From: the human T2T-CHM13v2.0 reference genome, Homo sapiens
Length of the DNA: 64,000 nucleotides
Strand: one strand, 5' to 3'
NCBI RefSeq assembly: GCF_009914755.1
Contig: NC_060941.1
Translations under genes and position numbers: made by a program
Notes under the pieces: generated by a model
Databases searched by the model: none
What the model saw: the letters and a program-made list of their open reading frames with translations, nothing else
What the model was told of the DNA's origin: nothing
Part shown: positions 51,471 to 64,000 of the stretch, one piece after another
Layout: the number at the start of each line of letters is the position of its first letter
How positions within the stretch are numbered: the stretch's first letter is position 1

Positions 51471-53742
51471 AAGGAAACTCTTGTTCTCCCACTTCTATTG
51501 AAGGGCTGCATGATTCCTATAGGATGAGTAGCAGGCAGCCATGTCTGGCTTTTGCCTGGTAATCTAGGCTCTGTTTCATCTCATCTGCACGTCCTTTCTC
51601 ATTGTGGAGGTTCTTTCATTGGGCTGTTGCTAGGTGGGACTGCCTCTCGCCATAAATCTTTTGGCTGCGAGGGATTTCAGGCAGCAAAAGGGACTTCAGG
51701 TAATCAGGCTGCCCTCCAGGTTGTGGGTCGTGGTCTCCTTTTGGGGCTGAGGTTGTTTGCACTTTGCAGGAGGGTTTTGGGTTTTCTGACAGGAAGCTTT
51801 GAACATTGGTTGGACTCCAGCGCAAGTCAGCTCGTTCTCTCAGGCAAGCCTTGATTTTTGTTGGCTTTCATGGGGGGTCAACAGTGCCCGTCCACAGCAC
51901 TGCTGGGCACCCTTTTCAGGCTTGCAATCACCACAGACAACCTCTGAGACAATGTCTCAACCTCATCTGCAGCCATGAGAGGCCAGTTCGAAGTGTGAGA
52001 ACACTGCTCTACCTTGGACTTGCATTTGTCGCGGTTTCTGCCTTTCCCAGAGATCCTCTGCGAGGCCCGGGATGAAGTAAGGCAGTGAGGCCAAGGGCCC
52101 GGCCATCTTTTGCTGACACCCGCCTCTGGGGTCTCAGTTTAGATTCCATCACCCAAAGACCCCTCAACAACTCACCAGACTATATTCCAATCCCCATGGG
52201 ACCCGATTCCTGCAAACAGCCTCTTTCAGGAAGGGAGTCAGAAGAGCAGTTTCCAGCAACCAACTCACACTCTTGAAACGCCTCCTCCTCCAGCGGGACC
52301 CGACAACAGAGACGACCCGAGGGGGCCCTAAGGTCAAGACTTTTAGGGTCCCGCAATGGGTTATGGAAGGCAGCCTTTCTCCCGATACCAGGCCGTCTCT
52401 GCCTGTACCATTTTCTTCTGCTTGGGCAGGCTGACAGCTCTGACAGCCGGGCGCCCCGGTCCGCCTCGCTAATGCGCATGCGCTAGTTTCAGGGCGCCAG
52501 GCCTGAGCTGTGAGCTCTGGCTAGCATCACAATGAATGCCACTGTTACCTAATGACAAATCCCTGCGGCTTAGCTGGGAAGGAGACCACCGTGGAGGTGC
52601 AAAGGCGGTGGACTCTCGCCTGTCTTCTCCGTGGGATCCACAGGATAGTCCGAGGATCCTAGGAGAGGGCAGATGTGAGCGAGCCTGAAGAAACGTCAGG
52701 CAGAGCCCCAGGAGTAAACCGCGAAATCCCTAGGGATCCAAAAGGATCTGAAGGATGCCTCAGGCCTGTCTAGTCGTTGTAGGGGTGAGTCTTTTTGAAA
52801 CTTGCCCACTTTGATTTCTAGGTATAGCCCCCTGTTTTCCGCGGGGTTGCTGTCTCCCAGGTGGGGCTTCCTTCAGAATCACTCAGCCTCAGAAGCTGCC
52901 GGGCTGTGTGTTTCTGAGGGAGTGTTGCAAGTGTTGGATGTCTGCGTGTGTGTGTGGCTTTGTGTATGTGTGTACGTGTGTGTGTGCGCGCCTGTAAGTG
53001 GAGTCGGCTTAAAGAAATGCGGCTAACTCACTACAGATTTTTCCCCCACCTTTTTGTGGCCTGTCTGTGTGGCTTTGTTTGGGCTGTGGGACTCTGTGTC
53101 CTTTGTGTTTCCGTGGTTCCTGAATCCGCGATGAATTGGGAGGCTGGCTGAGACCCGCCGGGGTTTAAGTCACCTCCCTCTGCAAAGAAGCCACTCATCT
53201 AGAAAGAAAAGGACCACACCACACCCAAGAACAGACAACTCCCAGTGCTTCATTATCCTGTGGCCATCCCAGAGAAAGACCCTAGCAGTCCTGTCCACAG
53301 GGCTCCTTGAATTTACCTCGGATTGGGTTTCCAGCCAAGCAGGTGCCTCCCATCGTGAGGAGGACACTGCTCCCTTGTATTGGGATTACATTTAGGGATG
53401 GAGAGTGTGAGCAGCAATAAGGTCAGGTAGGGGAGAGGATATAATCTGGTGAGGTGTGGATGGGGTCCTGCACCTTCACCTGCAAAAAAGATGCAGACAG
53501 ATGACACAGAAGGTGCTTCCAAGTCCATCCTCGCATTCCCTTCATTACACAGGCAGTCCACACGTAGCTCAGTGCCCAGTTGGGAGTACTCCAACGTGCA
53601 GGGAACAGTTGGAGCACAAACTTGGGCCATTCTGGTCAGCTCCCAATTTGGGCTTTCATTCCTGAAGCCACATGAGATTGGGATGGATGGATGCTGGGTG
53701 GGATGTGGCCTCTGCACTGGCCTCCTCTTTTCCTCACTTTCA
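51471..53742. repeat. GC-rich macrosatellite unit 2 (truncated at its end)
   Basis: Colinear diverged copy of unit 1. Similarity stops after ggatgtggcctctgcactggcctcctcttttcctcacttt, which corresponds to ~51280 in unit 1. Confidence 0.75.
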
Positions 53743-54829
53743 CTTCCTTTCTCAGGGTCTTGGCTTGTTCTTTAGCCCAAAGGGAGTGGGGTGGACAGAT
53801 TACCTCTGAACCTTGGGTGCCTTTGATTTCTTTCTTTGTATTTGATGTCATTACGATGAACATTGATGCCTGCTATGTGCCAGGACTGAGTCCCGGATTC
53901 CCAGAGGAAGGAGGCACCATTCCCCTGAGCCTGCTAATGGGTCTTCCATCCACCCTTCTCATTATAAGGCAGAGTTCAGGTTTTGAGACCAGGAAAACGT
54001 GAATTTGACTCCACTGGGTCACCTGCCAGCTGCTGACAGCCACTTAATTCCTCCAGGCCCAACATCCCTGTGTGTAAGCACAATACACAATTAGGGTTGC
54101 TGTCAGCCTTATGCAAGGGGAGGCTTGGAAGTGCTTGGCAGCAGCAGGTGGTCCACCCAGACTGTCTGGGTAGGCCTCGGTCTGCTTCCCTCCAGGTCTG
54201 TGCCACCTTCACTCAGGCTCCTGCAGAGGCAGTCTGTCACCTTGTGACCAGGCTAGAAAACAGCACCTGGCAGGAGGGCATGGGGACTAGGCGGGTCCCT
54301 GTCTGGAGCCCCTGAAAGTCGGCCAGGCAGCATCTCTGGGATGGGTGGCTGGATGCCAGTGCTCTTGTCCTGGCATCCCTCTGTTTCCTGCATAGGCTCG
54401 TGGTGGCAGACTTCCAGGCCTCTCCACATTCTCTGTCCTGGTGATGGTGGGAGTGTCTCCCCCTCTGAAAGGTGCCCCTGGAGGTTGGGAAATGGCCATG
54501 CCCTTTGAACCTCCCTTCTGGCCCAGGGTCTGGCTCAGACAGAGTGCACAGAGTGTGTGTTGAGGAGGGTAGAGGAGTGGCAGCCCTTTACCTATGAGCC
54601 AGTGCTCTGCAGGTCTACCCAAGGGCCAACATCCCAGGGGCCAGGCCCTAAGGTGAACGTGGCATCCCAGGTCCCAGCATCTTCTGAGAAGACATCATCC
54701 CAGTACCAGGGTCCCTGTTGGATAGTGCCTCTGCCCATCTCTCCTCTGGCTCCCAGCAGGTTCATGGTTGCAGTGGCCTGTGCAGGAGGGGTGCAGGTGA
54801 TGGGGCCAGGGACTTTTGCAGGAAGGAAC

Positions 54830-56560
54830 TAGGACATTGGCCAAAGAGGCTGCTCCCTGACCCCAATTGTGTCCCTAATTTACTATGTGACCTCCACAAG
54901 TCATTCAGCATCTCTGGTCCTGTTCCCCCCCCCCAACTATGTGATGGGCACAACAATACCACAGTCCCTGTGACTGTGTTTTATTCAGGAGTCAGCTGTG
55001 GGCCTCCCTGACACTCCATCCCCAACAAAGTCCAGTGTCAGGAGTTAGTTGGACCTCCACCTCGATCTTATATTTTCCAGCAGCATTTTGGGAAGGAATA
55101 TCCTGAAAGGTGAGCCTGCCTGTTATCTCCTCAGAGGGTTCAGGAAAAGCCGGCCCTCTCTATCCCCTTTTCTCACCATGATCCTCCAGGTCTGTTCACC
55201 TAATCACTAGGCATGAACTAATTGAACATCTGCCAAGACCCAGGTGAGCTTTTGCATCTAGAGAGAACTAAGACACAGCCATGGTCCTGGGGGTCTCACC
55301 CTCTTAGATGGGAGGCCAGCAGGAGAGGACATGTGGGTCGGGTTCAAGAGTGGAGTAGGAAGTTGCGAGTGGCTAGTGCCCACCTGGGCATGGTCTCATG
55401 GGCCCTTGCCAGGAATGTGCATGCCATCCTGTGGCCTTTGTAAGGCTTTTAGCAGAGAAGGGAGTGGGATTGAGAAAAAAATCCCCATGGCCAGGGCTGC
55501 AAGAATGGCTAAGGTCCTTGGTGGTACCATGGGCATGTGGCAATGACCAGAGGTTTGAGAAGTAGAGTAGGCAGGGTCTGGTGGTCGAGGGGCATCTAGG
55601 GGAAATCAGACCGAGTTCTAGCTTCCCAGTTTGCACTCATGGGCAGACAGTGGTGATTTTACTGAGGGGAGATGACCTGAGGAAGAGTAGGATGGAGGAA
55701 ACACCGGGCCTGCCTGAAGGTAGATGCCAGACAAAGGGAGGAAAAGAGAAGCCTGAGAGGAAGCAGCAGGTACAGATCAAGGAGGAGAAGCACAAGAGTG
55801 CTGGCCCAAAGGGCAAGAAGTGTCCAGAAGAAGGGGGCTACAGAAAGGTCAAGTTAGATAAAGGCCATAGTACACTTATCCAATGTGGCCACCAGAAGGC
55901 CAGCTGGTCAAGGGTGTTGCTGAAGGCAGAGGACAGTGGGTCAGGAGTGAAGGTGATGATGTGGATCGAGAGTGTAGACAACAGGCAGAAGGGGAGAGAG
56001 ATGGTGTGGATAGAGGGGGTGTAGGGTCATAGATGGAAATATCCCCAAGTTTAGGTGGATGGGCAGGAGATCATTGCTGAGAAGGGATCTCATAAGAAAG
56101 TAGAGGTGGAGCAGAACAGAGGGGGCAACGATGTGAGGGTGGCAGTGACACAGGGTCATTGGGGAGTGTGTGGGGACACCTGTCTGTTGGGCATCGGCTC
56201 ATGGCTTAGGGCAGGCTACTGGGCAAGCCCACAGACCCCTAGAAGAGAGGAGCTCCTGCCATGTATGGCGCAGTTTTGTCATTCACCATGCACTCTAATT
56301 TCACATACTGAGTACTTGGTATGTACTGGTCACTGTGTTGGACACGGGGGACATAAAATATGGTAAGACACAGTCCCAAAGGGGCTAACAGTACTGTGGC
56401 CTCTTACTCAAAGGCTTGCACCCAGGGTTAAGCTTCTAACAAGTTGGAAGGCAGACATAGGCACCTCCATTTGCCTTGAGTACAAACAGATGTTCAGAGA
56501 GGTTTAGTGACTGGTCAAAGGTCACGCTGCCAGGAAATGGCTGTGTCCAGGACAGTTGCA
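54830..56560. mobile_element. Ancient MIR and L2 fragments
   Basis: MIR-like core tttactatgtgacctccacaagtcattcagcatctctg (~54880) and gttcagagaggtttagtgactggtcaaaggtcacgc (~56490). Purine-rich antisense L2-like tract ~55200-56140. Boundaries are approximate. Confidence 0.55.
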
Positions 56561-58606
56561 GGTCTCCTGCCCATAAAACCCACCCAGGCCACCAGGTTCA
56601 GTTTCAGCCAGGTGGCCTTCAGGGTTGACCACCCTGTTCGACTCGGCAAGAAGAATACAAGCCAAAGGCAAGCACGTACTCATTCTTCTGAGCATCCTCT
56701 GTGTGCCCATCCCTGTTGTGGGCATGGGCGGCAGGGAAGGAGACATGAATTCCAAATCGTGACCTTGCCTTCTGCAGCTGAGGGTGTAGTTGGAGAATTT
56801 GATGTCCCAGGAGAGGGATGTCTCCTGTTCCATGGCTGCCTAGGAGAGGGCAGAAAGCAAGCCCTCTTGAAGGAGAGAGAGAGGGGTAAGGGGGAGGTAA
56901 GCAGGGACAACTCTTCCCCTCCCTCAAAGGAGGCCACTCAGGAATCCCAGGGAAGCCAGACAAAAGCCTGTGGAATAAAGGGGCCTCTGAGCCTCCTCCC
57001 CACTGCTGCCATCCTGACTCAGGGATTTCAGGGTGCAGTCGTCATTCCCACCCCAAAAGGAGAAAGCCCAGGCCGGTGGAGCCTGGCTGCTGCAACTTCT
57101 TATACAAGCAGCTCTGGAGGCCCCATATCTGAGCTGGCAGCTCCATTAGAGGGAGGGGTGGGCATTAGTATGGAATGCCAGCCTAGATGGATGGTCAGTG
57201 CCAGGTTCTGGGGCATAGGAAAGTCCAGGATCATGACCAGGGGTAGCTGATCACCAGGAATGTAGTTGGGACTCCATGCCCGAATGCTAGGGAGACTCAG
57301 AGCTGGATCTGGGCCACAAAGTGAGGGGACAGTGGCTGTTGGTTTATATTGAGGGGAAAATGGGGCCGACAGGACTAAGGCCCTGGGGCTGAAGGGCATA
57401 GAGCTCTTGCTAAAATTTGGGAGGCTCTGTTTAAAGGAAACTAGTGTTGATAGAATTTCCAGAGCTGCTGCCTGGGCCAGGTAAGACCCGCAGGACCCTT
57501 CTGTCCAGGTTAGGCTCCTGTAGGTGCCTACCCTATCTCCTCACCTTCTCCTAGCTAGAGGTCCCCTATGAGGCATGAAGCTGGTGGGGCAGAGGCCCCT
57601 GTCAGGGCCTTCATGTCTGCCTGGGGGCTGGACCACCTGGCCGGAAAAAGGAAGCCGAGGTAGCAGAAGGGCCTGCCTGAAGATCCTCTGAGTCTTCCTC
57701 CTCCTTTTCTACTCCTTGGCCCAGGTGGTTGTATAAATTACTATTCACCCCTATAAAAATTGTTTAACTCCATCACAAATATTTGGATAATAGGGGGATA
57801 TCTCAATCTAATTACTGTTAGCATTTTGGTTTCTTTTCATTTATTCTCCTTCCTATGTGTGTGTCTTGGGGAGTTCCCATAGGGGCATCATAGAGTACTG
57901 ATTATTGTGCATTCTGCTTTTTCACTTACCGTATTCACCTAGTCAGCCAGTGTCAGCTGCTGTACCAGGCACTAGGAACCAATAAAAAAGTGTGATTCCT
58001 ACACTCAGGTAGCTTATTGTCCAGGACAGATTGGCCATCAAATCCAGTTAGGATGTGGTATGCAGATATGATATCATATGGTTATGATATGATATGGTAC
58101 ATCTTCAAGGAGCTGTGTCAGGGACATGATGGAGAAACCACTCTCCCAGGATCTTGTCAGCAAGAGGGAAATCCAGGAGTGCTTCCCAGAGGAGGAAGGT
58201 GTTGACAGAGGTGAATTCTAAAGGTTTCTACAGTTCCTTCTCATGAAACCGTCTGGACCTGGTGCTTTTTTCAGTGGCAGATTTTTTTATCATCAGTGGT
58301 AATTAAGTTTCTACTCATTATCTAGTTCATTAGGGGCACTTTATATTTTACTAGGAAAGCATTCATTTTCTCCAAATGTGTAAACTCTCCACTTTTAAAA
58401 TTTATTATGAATTTATTTGTGGCCAAATAAATGATTTTTCTAAGATTTTCATAGACGTTGAAAAAATGTATATTTTCTATTTAAGGGATATAAGGTCCCA
58501 TATATACCAAATCAAGTTTTTGGTTATTCAAGCTGTCACTTCTTTTGTATCCTTGGGGGGAGGAGGCTTTTACTGTAGTTCTAACAGAGATTTAGCCTTC
58601 CACTCA

Positions 58607-58790
58607 AATTTTCTCTATAAATCTCTTCTTTTACTAGTTTTTGCTTTTTATATTTACTATGATGTGGGGAGAATGCAGATTTTGAGTGTTTTTTATAATT
58701 TTCTCTATAAATCTCATCTTTTACTAGATTTTGCTTTTTGTATTTACTGTGATGCTGTCGGGAGCATGCAGATTTCGAGTGTTCTCTCAT
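58607..58790. repeat. 90-bp tandem duplication within an AT-rich old L1M-like relic
   Basis: aattttctctataaatctc(t/a)tcttttactag starts at 58607 and again at 58697. Confidence 0.85.
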
Positions 58791-59014
58791 TATGAATTGT
58801 GCCCATCATTACATGGTGTCCCTCTTTATCCCATTTCAGTGCTTAACCTTAAATTCCACCCTTCTATTATTATTATGGCCACTCTTTATTTTACTTTAGC
58901 TTTTGCACTTTCCTGGTATCTCTTGGCATTCTTTTATTTTCCACCATTATCATTGTTTAAGTGATTTTCTTGTATATATACATCACTGGGTTTTTTTGTT
59001 GGTGGTGGTGTTGA

Positions 59015-60078
<1,064 letters not shown>

Positions 60079-60299
60079 TAATCTTAGTTTGTGTGTTAAT
60101 CATTTAACCTTCATCATTCCCCAAATCTCTCTTTAAAAATACCCTATAGATATGTAAATCACTGTAACTCTTATGTCTCTTCAACTTTTTTATATAAAGT
60201 GACAACTCAAAATACACTTTTCCATTTAATGTTATTTAATACAAACCATTCTATTTTTTATGCTAGTATCTCCATTTGGCCATAAAACAATATATCTAG

Positions 60300-61030
60300 A
60301 AATAAAGTGTGAGCTTCAACAGAAACAATGATCTACTGTTTCTATCAACTTTTGACTATCTATAATCCCTTCGCTCCCCATCTATCTTCCTCAAACAAAT
60401 TGAACTTAATTGTCAACTTGAAATTTCTAGAGCTTATGCAACTTCAACTCATTTGTCTTTCCCTTGCTTTATTCAACTCTACTGCCAAAATTACAACCTC
60501 GGTTAAATGCAACTGTCTGTGTGTCTAATCCTTGCCAGCACCCATGCAGCTGAACATGCCCAAAAGAACAATATAACAATGATTTTCAACATTTTATATC
60601 CAGGCCAGAACTCTCCTCTGAGTTTCAGATTTATATATTTAAATGCTTACTTAACATCTCCAATTAACTATTTAATGGAAATCCCAAAATTAATATATCC
60701 ACAACTGTCAAATTCTTCACCTACATCTTCTCCCATTTTACAAAAATTCCACTTTTTTCCAATGAACATTTACCGTATTCATCATTTTGCTCTAATGTTT
60801 CCTCAAAGTGGTGCCTACCTTAATCGTATTACTAAGTTTTTCTAAGCACTTCATTTTTCTGCCCTGCTTTGTTTTCCTCCTTAGAACCACCTGATGCACT
60901 GTATATTTTACTAATACACAGTTTGTTTCTCTCACCTGCTAGAATATAAATTATATAAGACCAGCGATTTTTTATATCATGTTTACTTTCCAATGCCATA
61001 CCAAGATCAGTACCCGACACTGAAACAAAG
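60300..61030 (+). mobile_element. L2 3' fragment
   Basis: ccagaactctcctctgagtttcagatttatatatttaaatgcttacttaacatctcca and ctagaatataaatta...cagtacccgacac resemble the L2 3' end. Confidence 0.65.
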
Positions 61031-61162
61031 GTAGATTATTCAGTTTTTTAAAATGTGTCCTGTGGATTACTAGAACTGCAAAACTCACTTCAATAAGTCT
61101 ACGACACTTAAAAAATACATTCATGACACCTTATCTTCCTGGGGAATTACAGTGATTTCTAG

Positions 61163-63262
61163 TTTTTAAAAGTAAGAAGACATAAACTTCAGTTTGAAAC
61201 CAGGACTCATCATCCCATAGTTAGAGCTGGTCTTCTTTGTGTGCTCAGGGACTACAGAGAGGTCCGGGGTGTTGGCCTCAGCCTCTTGGACAAGGGAAGT
61301 GGGCACCCTATGAGCTCAGGATCCCTGTCCCTAGCCTGGATAATGGCAGAATCTGGCTCAGCCAGGTCCCTGGCCTGCACAAAGCCAGTGGCACCAGGTG
61401 AATGTGCCCAGCTCAGTGACTGCCTGGAGCAGGTGTGGGGCAGCCAGACCCAGTGGGTGTGGGCTTGGGAGCCTAGCCGCAGAGGATGAGCAGGACAAGG
61501 GCAGTCAGACAGCCCTTAGAAGGCCTCCACCCCTGAGCTGCAGAAAGAGATCCCCTCATCCAGCTCCTCCCCAGGGGCCCACTCTGGATCAACAGGAAAA
61601 TGTAGCCCCTGATGTGGTTGTGCATAACTGGACAGATGGGAGACATGGAGCTGAAGGCCATGTGGATAACCGCCTGCTGGTATCCCAGTTGACATCCCAG
61701 TACCACATATCGCTGAAACCCAGGTCACCACATCACCAATGGTCAAGTCGATGTGAACTGTTGATTGTTGACGAGTCCCAGGATCTTTTCTGCTCTTGAG
61801 CCTGACCATGAGGTAGTAGATGCCAAAGTCAGGCAAGCATTGCCAGGCCTGATGGAGGCACAGCTGGGCCTGGTCGGCAAGAGCCAAGCCACATTCTAGG
61901 GGCTTCCAGGATCCGTGGGATGAGCTGCTTGGCCTTGAACTTTTGTGGAAGGGCAGGGTGGGGGGTGTGGAGGGAGTACCAAGACCACAGAGGCTGAGGC
62001 CCCTGACAAGGGCGCCACTGCCCTGGGGGTGGTTGCCGAACCCGGTGCCTGTCTGCTGGAAGGCTACACCTCGCTGGCGGCTGTTCCCTGCATGGTGCAG
62101 CCCCTCCTGGGAAGCCAGTGGCAGCCCCTGCAGCATGCACCCAGCTGCTCCTGCTCCGCAGGTGGGGGTCGCTTGCCTTTGGTGAGTTGGATGCAGAACT
62201 CGCAGCCAGAGGCGCTAACACCAGAAATGCCCTCACAGCCCTTGAGGTTGAGCTGCCGAGGGTGTGGGGCTGGTGTCCACTGGGGCATGGCCTGGCTCTC
62301 ATGGCAGGATTGCATGGGTTCCTTGAACAGCTCCCAGTGCTGGCCTCAGCCCTTCAGGGTCAGCTTCTGGGGCTGGGAGATTTGAGGACACACCTTGACT
62401 TCTGTGACAAGGTGTGTCACAGAACACGGGCTTCCAGCCCATCTGTGGATATCTAGCCCTCCAGCTTCTCCAAGCTGCTGAGGGCTGCGTCCAGGCCATC
62501 CAGCCAGGTATCCACAGCCCATCTCCCCTCTCTGAGACTGCCTGATTCCATAGGATTGCAGAGATGAGACACCATCAACCCCTCCTAGATGCAGCCCACC
62601 CCTCCAGCAGCAGATCTCACTGAGCAGCTCGCACAGCGGGGTCCAAGCCGCAGAAGTCTTGGGGCTGAAAGTGCAGCCAGAGTCGCCTGGCCCTGGCACC
62701 CCGTTAAATGAGGCACCGCAGGTACCAGAGCCCGCTGTGCAGCAGGGATTCGTCCAGCGGGCGTTGGGCCCTGGCGGGCGAGGGAGGGTCGGGCGGCGTC
62801 GGTCACTGGCTCGGCAGGTGGTCGCAGGCCTGGATTGGCCACTGTCCCAGAAGTGAGCCAGCCTCCCCGGAAGAGCGCTGGAGCGAAGCTGCCCGCTAGG
62901 ACCACCTTAGTCAGGTTGCACACCTCCTCGTCCGGTTCCTTCTAGTCTCAGGAGCTGGAGTGGGGCTGGAGGCAAGTGAGCCCCACCTGCGGGGCAGGAG
63001 CAGCTGAGTGCATGCTGCAGGGGCTGTCACTGGCTTCCCAGGAGGGGCTGAACAGTGCAGGGAACAGCTGTCAGCGAGGTGCAGGCCACCCTTGGCCTTT
63101 CAGGAGACAGGCGCGGGACTCGGGCAACCACCCCCAGGGCCTTGGCTCCTCCATCAGGGGCCTCAGCTGCTGTGGCCTTGGTGCTCAGGAACTGGAGTGG
63201 GGCCAGATCCGGGACGCCGGGCACTGTGGAGGCTGTAGGTGGCGGCTGCGGCCCAGAAGCAC
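61163..63262 (-). pseudogene. FERMT3 (pseudogene): Kindlin-3 processed pseudogene, 5'-truncated and frameshifted, including the 3' UTR
   Basis: Minus-strand peptides match kindlin-3 colinearly with no introns: NLTKVVLAGSFAPALFRG, PQKLTLKG, QLNLKGCE, GNHPQG, QKFKAKQLIPRILEA, QAWQCLPDFGIYYLMVRLKSRKD, HIRGYIFL, GEELDE..EAF-stop (TAA at 61516-61518). Downstream sequence to ~61163 resembles the FERMT3 3' UTR. Confidence 0.92.
62967..63186 (+). repeat. Inverted copy of pseudogene segment ~61974-62178, flanked by a 20-bp direct repeat
   Basis: gcatgctgcaggggctgtcactggcttcccaggaggggctg is the reverse complement of ~62097-62137. The flanks ctcagga(g/a)ctggagtggggc lie at 62947-62966 and 63184-63203. 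Confidence 0.9.
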
Positions 63263-63304
63263 TGACGAAAGCACCTTGACAGATCAAGTCAAAATGTTAC
63301 TGAG

Positions 63305-63593
63305 GGCCGGGCGCGGGGGCGCATGCCTGTAATCCCAGCACTTTGGGAGGCCGAGGCGGGCGGATCACGAGGTCAGGAGATCGAGACCATCCTGGCTAAC
63401 ATGGTGAAACCCCGTCTCCACTAAAAATACGAAAAAATTAGCCAGGCGCCATGCTGGGCGCCTGTAGTCCCAGCTACTCGGGAGGCTGAGGCAGGAGAAT
63501 GGCGTGAACCCGGGAGGCAGAGTGAGCCGAGATTGTGCCACTGCAGTCTGGCCTGGGCGAAAGAGCAAGACTCCATCTCAAAAAAAAAAAAAA
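63305..63593 (+). mobile_element. AluY
   Basis: CpG-rich Alu with Y diagnostics and a small internal deletion; degenerate TSD aaaatgttactgag / aaaagttattgag. Confidence 0.93.
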
Positions 63594-64000
63594 GTTATTG
63601 AGAAGGCCAGTTCATTCTCTAGGATGCCAGTGGCAAACAAACATGAGGATGACCAGGGAGACGAGGAGTTTGAGTGCTTACTTTATAAAGTGTCTGTAAT
63701 ATCTGCAGCAGAAGAATTTAATGGCAAGTTGTTCAGAAGATAAGCCTGGAAATCTTAAATGTCCTATACTCATTTTTAATTATATTGTATGTTACATACT
63801 CTTTGGGGCAAGAATGATGGAGATTATGGAAGTGGAATAAGGGCTTTCCCTCTCTGTTTGCTTCAGACCACTTCTTTGTTACCATTATCACAATTGGTAC
63901 AGTTAGCTGGATGTTGTGTTAAACACATTAAAGACATGTTATTGGATGCGCATTTTAACCATATGGGATAGGTTTTATTAACAGGGTGTGAATATGGCTC

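Noticed and set aside
49711-52479. Paired 99-aa ORFs (49711..50010 and 52180..52479) open in both macrosatellite units, starting at the GCGCATGCGC ATG
   Set aside because: Several overlapping frames on both strands are also open in both copies, and many differences are amino-acid changing. This is best explained by GC-rich duplicated DNA. A dN/dS test across family copies would settle it.
56507-57250. 247-aa ORF, and a minus-strand acceptor-like site (ctttctgccctctcctag) near 56840
   Set aside because: The ORF begins in a MIR-like relic, has no recognisable domain and has non-coding-like composition. I could not assign the putative exon to any gene.
61516-62136. 206-aa minus-strand ORF as a functional truncated kindlin
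   Set aside because: It drifts in and out of the FERMT3 frame through frameshifts; only patches match.
62967-63186. L1 twin-priming 5' inversion as the origin of the inverted segment
   Set aside because: Twin priming inverts without duplicating. Here the segment is present twice, shares post-insertion mutations with the donor, and is flanked by a 20-bp direct repeat.

Overview
This is Old World primate (catarrhine-type) genomic DNA, with AluJ/S/Y, a HERV-K LTR5 and alpha satellite; I found no intact protein-coding gene. There are four domains. (1) 1-15.7 kb is Alu-dense, euchromatin-like sequence with a small CpG-rich regulatory patch (~900-1180), an FTL processed pseudogene that keeps its IRE, a MER4-family solo LTR, and an LTR5 solo LTR nested in an Alu. 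(2) ~15.7-49.0 kb is a single-orientation array of about 185-190 divergent 171-bp alpha-satellite monomers. I saw no CENP-B box or L1 in it; it holds two Alus and one LTR14-family solo LTR. The array is not purely monomeric: it preserves fossil multi-monomer duplications, including a tandem 3x hexamer. (3) ~49.0-53.75 kb is about 1.9 copies of a 2,480-bp SST1/MER22-like macrosatellite unit. (4) 53.75-64 kb is GC-rich unique DNA with MIR/L2/L1M relics and a 5'-truncated FERMT3 processed pseudogene. The pseudogene carries an inverted templated self-insertion and a CpG-rich, promoter-like 5' part. Overall the window looks like a relic (peri)centromeric island with repair scars at both edges. Family assignments come from recognising sequences by eye, not from database searches. 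I see no evidence of a new protein-based system; the novelty is structural and evolutionary.
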